NCBI RefSeq assembly: GCF_016432865.1
Contig: NC_067403.1
Coordinates: 171,554,001 to 171,618,000, forward strand
Direction of reading: 5' to 3'
Origin: Antechinus flavipes
Taxonomy: Eukaryota
DNA length: 64,000 bases
The notes beneath the pieces were generated by a model. The model had not been told where the DNA came from. It saw only the letters and a program-made list of their open reading frames with translations, and did not search any database. Shown here piece after piece: positions 61,599 through 64,000 of this stretch. Every line of letters begins with the position of its first letter. The stretch's first letter is position 1. The translations under genes and the position numbers were made by a program.

Positions 61599-62117
61599 CT
61601 AGGAACAACATATGTTTAGTATTATTCAGTACACAAGACCATCCATCTCTGATAATGGTGTCTAGGAGTATAATAGTATAGGAATATAGCAGAAAAAAAA
61701 ACAGTACCCCAAGAGAAAACCAACAAAGGTTCTGAGTGTTCCTGTCTCTTAAAAGGTTTACTCCTTTAAAACTCCCAAACTGGGGCACTTTAAATTTTAG
61801 AAAGTCAAAGTCAAAGACTAATCAATATCTAGGTTTCTTAGAATTCTAGAAGAATGAAAATGGTAGGGAAAAGTCCTCTTTTTCATCCTCTTCTTTTATA
61901 CTTAATATTCCATGTGTTATTTAAGAACAAAAACCATTGAACTATTTCTATTTTTTAAAAAATGTATCATTTCTCATGAAGAAAATATCATAAAGACTTA
62001 ATTTTAGAGGGAAAAAGTATTTTTCAGTAAAGTATATAATTATAATATAAAGCCAAAAAGAAATTTATAATATCAAGAAGTATTTTAAAAATAAATTTTG
62101 TATTGGCTAATGCTCAC

Positions 62118-62258
62118 CTGTGTAGCCCAACCAACATTTTTCACAAAAATAGACTTCAGAATTTGGGCTGATTTTGGAAGATAATCTTTTGGGCTAGTAG
62201 AAGATCCTTCTGTTTCATGCACAGCTGCTGTTAATGCATATCCTTCACATGGGACAAT
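62118..62258 (-). CDS. PLK4: PLK4 exon (IVPCEG...[21 protein letters not shown]), start of polo box 3
   Basis: tttag| acceptor, CAG|gtgagc donor, 141 nt. Confidence 0.96.
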
Positions 62259-63109
62259 CTAAAAATAGGTAAAAAGATTTCTATTGCTATCTGACCACTG
62301 GAAACTGTGGCAAATGGCATAGTGTGTTCATGATAAGCATGATTACCAAGGAACAAGACATTCAAATGCCACATTTTTATTTCAGGATAAGTTCTTCAAA
62401 TTGATAGTATGTTTTGACATGTCAGATATATTACTAATAACTTTTATTCCAGAAGACTTAAACATTTGGCATAGGGGCAAATATGTGAATATTTTAAATT
62501 CGATGTTCAATAAATCTATCAGAAAATCTACATTTATAAAACAAAAATGTACTTGATTTTTAAAAGCATAATTATTTGTGTGTCTGTGTGTATATACATC
62601 ACACACATACCCAATTAAGTGAAAACCAAATAATTTGAAATGTTGTAATGTTAATATTTTTCTTTCAGATCTAATTATCCAATAAATATTTAAACAAAAC
62701 AGTATCAAAGTTATATAATATTATCTCTTGCTATAAAATAGAAGTCTTTTGTAAGAAAGAAATGGTCATTCCATTTTCATATGATATGCTGAGTAAATTC
62801 TTAGCTTTCCAGGAAAAAAAATTGTGCACACAAGTTTAATCTGCATTATTTCCATTTTTCAGACACTTTTCTTAAGTGTAAAAAATTAACAACACAATAA
62901 ATTAAGCTCTGATTTGCAATATCTTTGGATTTCTGAGGTGTAAATGCTCACACTGGAAATATCTCAAAAACTAGTTTTTGTGACCAATATGAACTGGTCT
63001 CAGCACAGCCTTGATGGTAGCCAATAAGATAATCAGCCACATTGACTATATACTGTCAATAAGTATGTCATACTTGTACTTATACTGTACATTAAATACA
63101 TCAACTTAC

Positions 63110-63257
63110 TGAAGGACTAATGTTAGGTGCCTGGTTTGAAGATGCCGAGGTGCTCACCATCATCCTATTTAATAATGCTGAATCTTTCACTGAAGAATTT
63201 GAATCCACGCAACTTGGAGGGGTCACAGGCTGTGGGGAACTAGGATTGCCTGGCTTT
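63110..63257 (-). CDS. PLK4: PLK4 exon (KPGNPSSPQPVTPP...APNISPS), linker
   Basis: tttag| acceptor, |gtaagt donor, 148 nt; covered by ORF 63101-63307. Confidence 0.94.
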
Positions 63258-63430
63258 CTAAAAAGAAAAAAAAAGTTTTCCAAATAAATGCTTCCCCTCC
63301 CTCCCAAAACATATTGCTCACCTGAAAAATTAAACTTTCAGTTACTTTTCTGAGATATAGACATTTTTGCTCAGTTAACTCAACATTTTTATCAAATTGA
63401 GTGCTCATCATTTTATAAAATTATACATAC

Positions 63431-63522
63431 CTTCCAATAATTATAGGAAAGAAGGGAACACTTCCACTTTTTGTTTCTTCAACTGAAATAACAGACTCCA
63501 GTGCAAGGCAAAGTCGATGTCC
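63431..63522 (-). CDS. PLK4: PLK4 exon ([31 protein letters not shown]), end of the cryptic polo box
   Basis: aacag| acceptor, |gtatgt donor, 92 nt; matches human GHRICLALES...FFPIIIGR. Confidence 0.96.
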
Positions 63523-63617
63523 CTGTTTAAAAACAAACAACTTTTGTCATTACTTCACCAATGCTAAGAATGGGACTATAAAAATGTATATATATATATA
63601 GATAGATAGATTTGTAC

Positions 63618-63751
63618 CTCATTAGCATGATCTACATATATTTTTATTTCTTCTTTTAAGCTCTCAATTTCAGCTTCTCCTTTTAAAGTATATGATTTCC
63701 CAGATTTTTCAATCACATTCATTAAGTCTTCTGTTTTGTGTATTTTTGCTC
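63618..63751 (-). CDS. PLK4: PLK4 internal exon ([23 protein letters not shown]...DHANE), probably exon 11 by human numbering
   Basis: Minus-strand tttag| acceptor and GAG|gtacaa donor, 134 nt; homologous to human VKIHKTEDFIQVIEKTGKSYTLK. Confidence 0.95.
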
Positions 63752-63819
63752 CTAAAAGAATAAACTTTTTAAAACTTACTTTACAAAGAATTACAAGATT
63801 TTTTCATTGAAAGATCACA

Positions 63820-64000
63820 TACCCTTCTGAATCCAATTCTCCCTATGCAACAAGAGAACTGTTCGGTTCTGCAAACATATATTGTATCTAGGATATACTG
63901 CAACATATCCAACATATAAAGGACTGCTTGCCATCTAGGGGAGGGGGTGAAGGGAGGGAGGGGAAAAAAATTGGAACAGAAACGAGTGCAAAGGATAATG
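63820..64000 (+). mobile_element. Young L1 3'UTR fragment in a PLK4 intron (runs off the window)
   Basis: Reverse-complement match to the 39136-40007 and 51074-51472 L1 ends. Confidence 0.85.

Noticed and set aside
1-64000. CRISPR arrays, prokaryotic operons, rRNA genes, intact retroviral genes
   Set aside because: None seen. The window is intron-rich mammalian DNA, and the LTRs are solo elements without gag/pol/env.

Overview
AT-rich marsupial genomic DNA. A dasyurid-like origin is inferred from WSINE1/Mar1-type SINEs and the young L1 3' ends. The gene order matches the conserved ABHD18-MFSD8-PLK4 block. (1) 1-16.3 kb is repeat-rich and contains no recognisable coding exon; it is most likely intron 1 of ABHD18 (minus strand). 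(2) A CpG-island bidirectional promoter lies at about 15.5-17.1 kb. (3) A complete, intact MFSD8/CLN7 gene is on the plus strand: 12 coding exons, 16729-46183, 1560 nt, 519 aa, all GT-AG introns. (4) The last six coding exons and 3'UTR of PLK4 are on the minus strand (63751 down to about 59070), convergent with MFSD8. The rest is L1, L2, CR1, SINE, LTR and DNA-transposon debris. No CRISPR array, tRNA or rRNA gene was found, and nearly all short ORFs in the track are spurious. I found no demonstrable new biological system. The most unusual signal is structural: up to seven same-orientation local duplications of 42-178 bp at about 86-99% identity, three of which each bracket one MFSD8 coding exon. 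These sit alongside a 1673-bp near-perfect tandem duplication and a snap-back, polymerase-theta-like templated-insertion scar. Other leads are a possible Arg-rich N-terminal extension or uORF in ABHD18 exon 1, loss of one MFSD8 tyrosine sorting motif with gain of a third N-glycan sequon, and tandem Pumilio plus CPE elements in the PLK4 3'UTR. All alignments and identities were done by eye and need computational confirmation.
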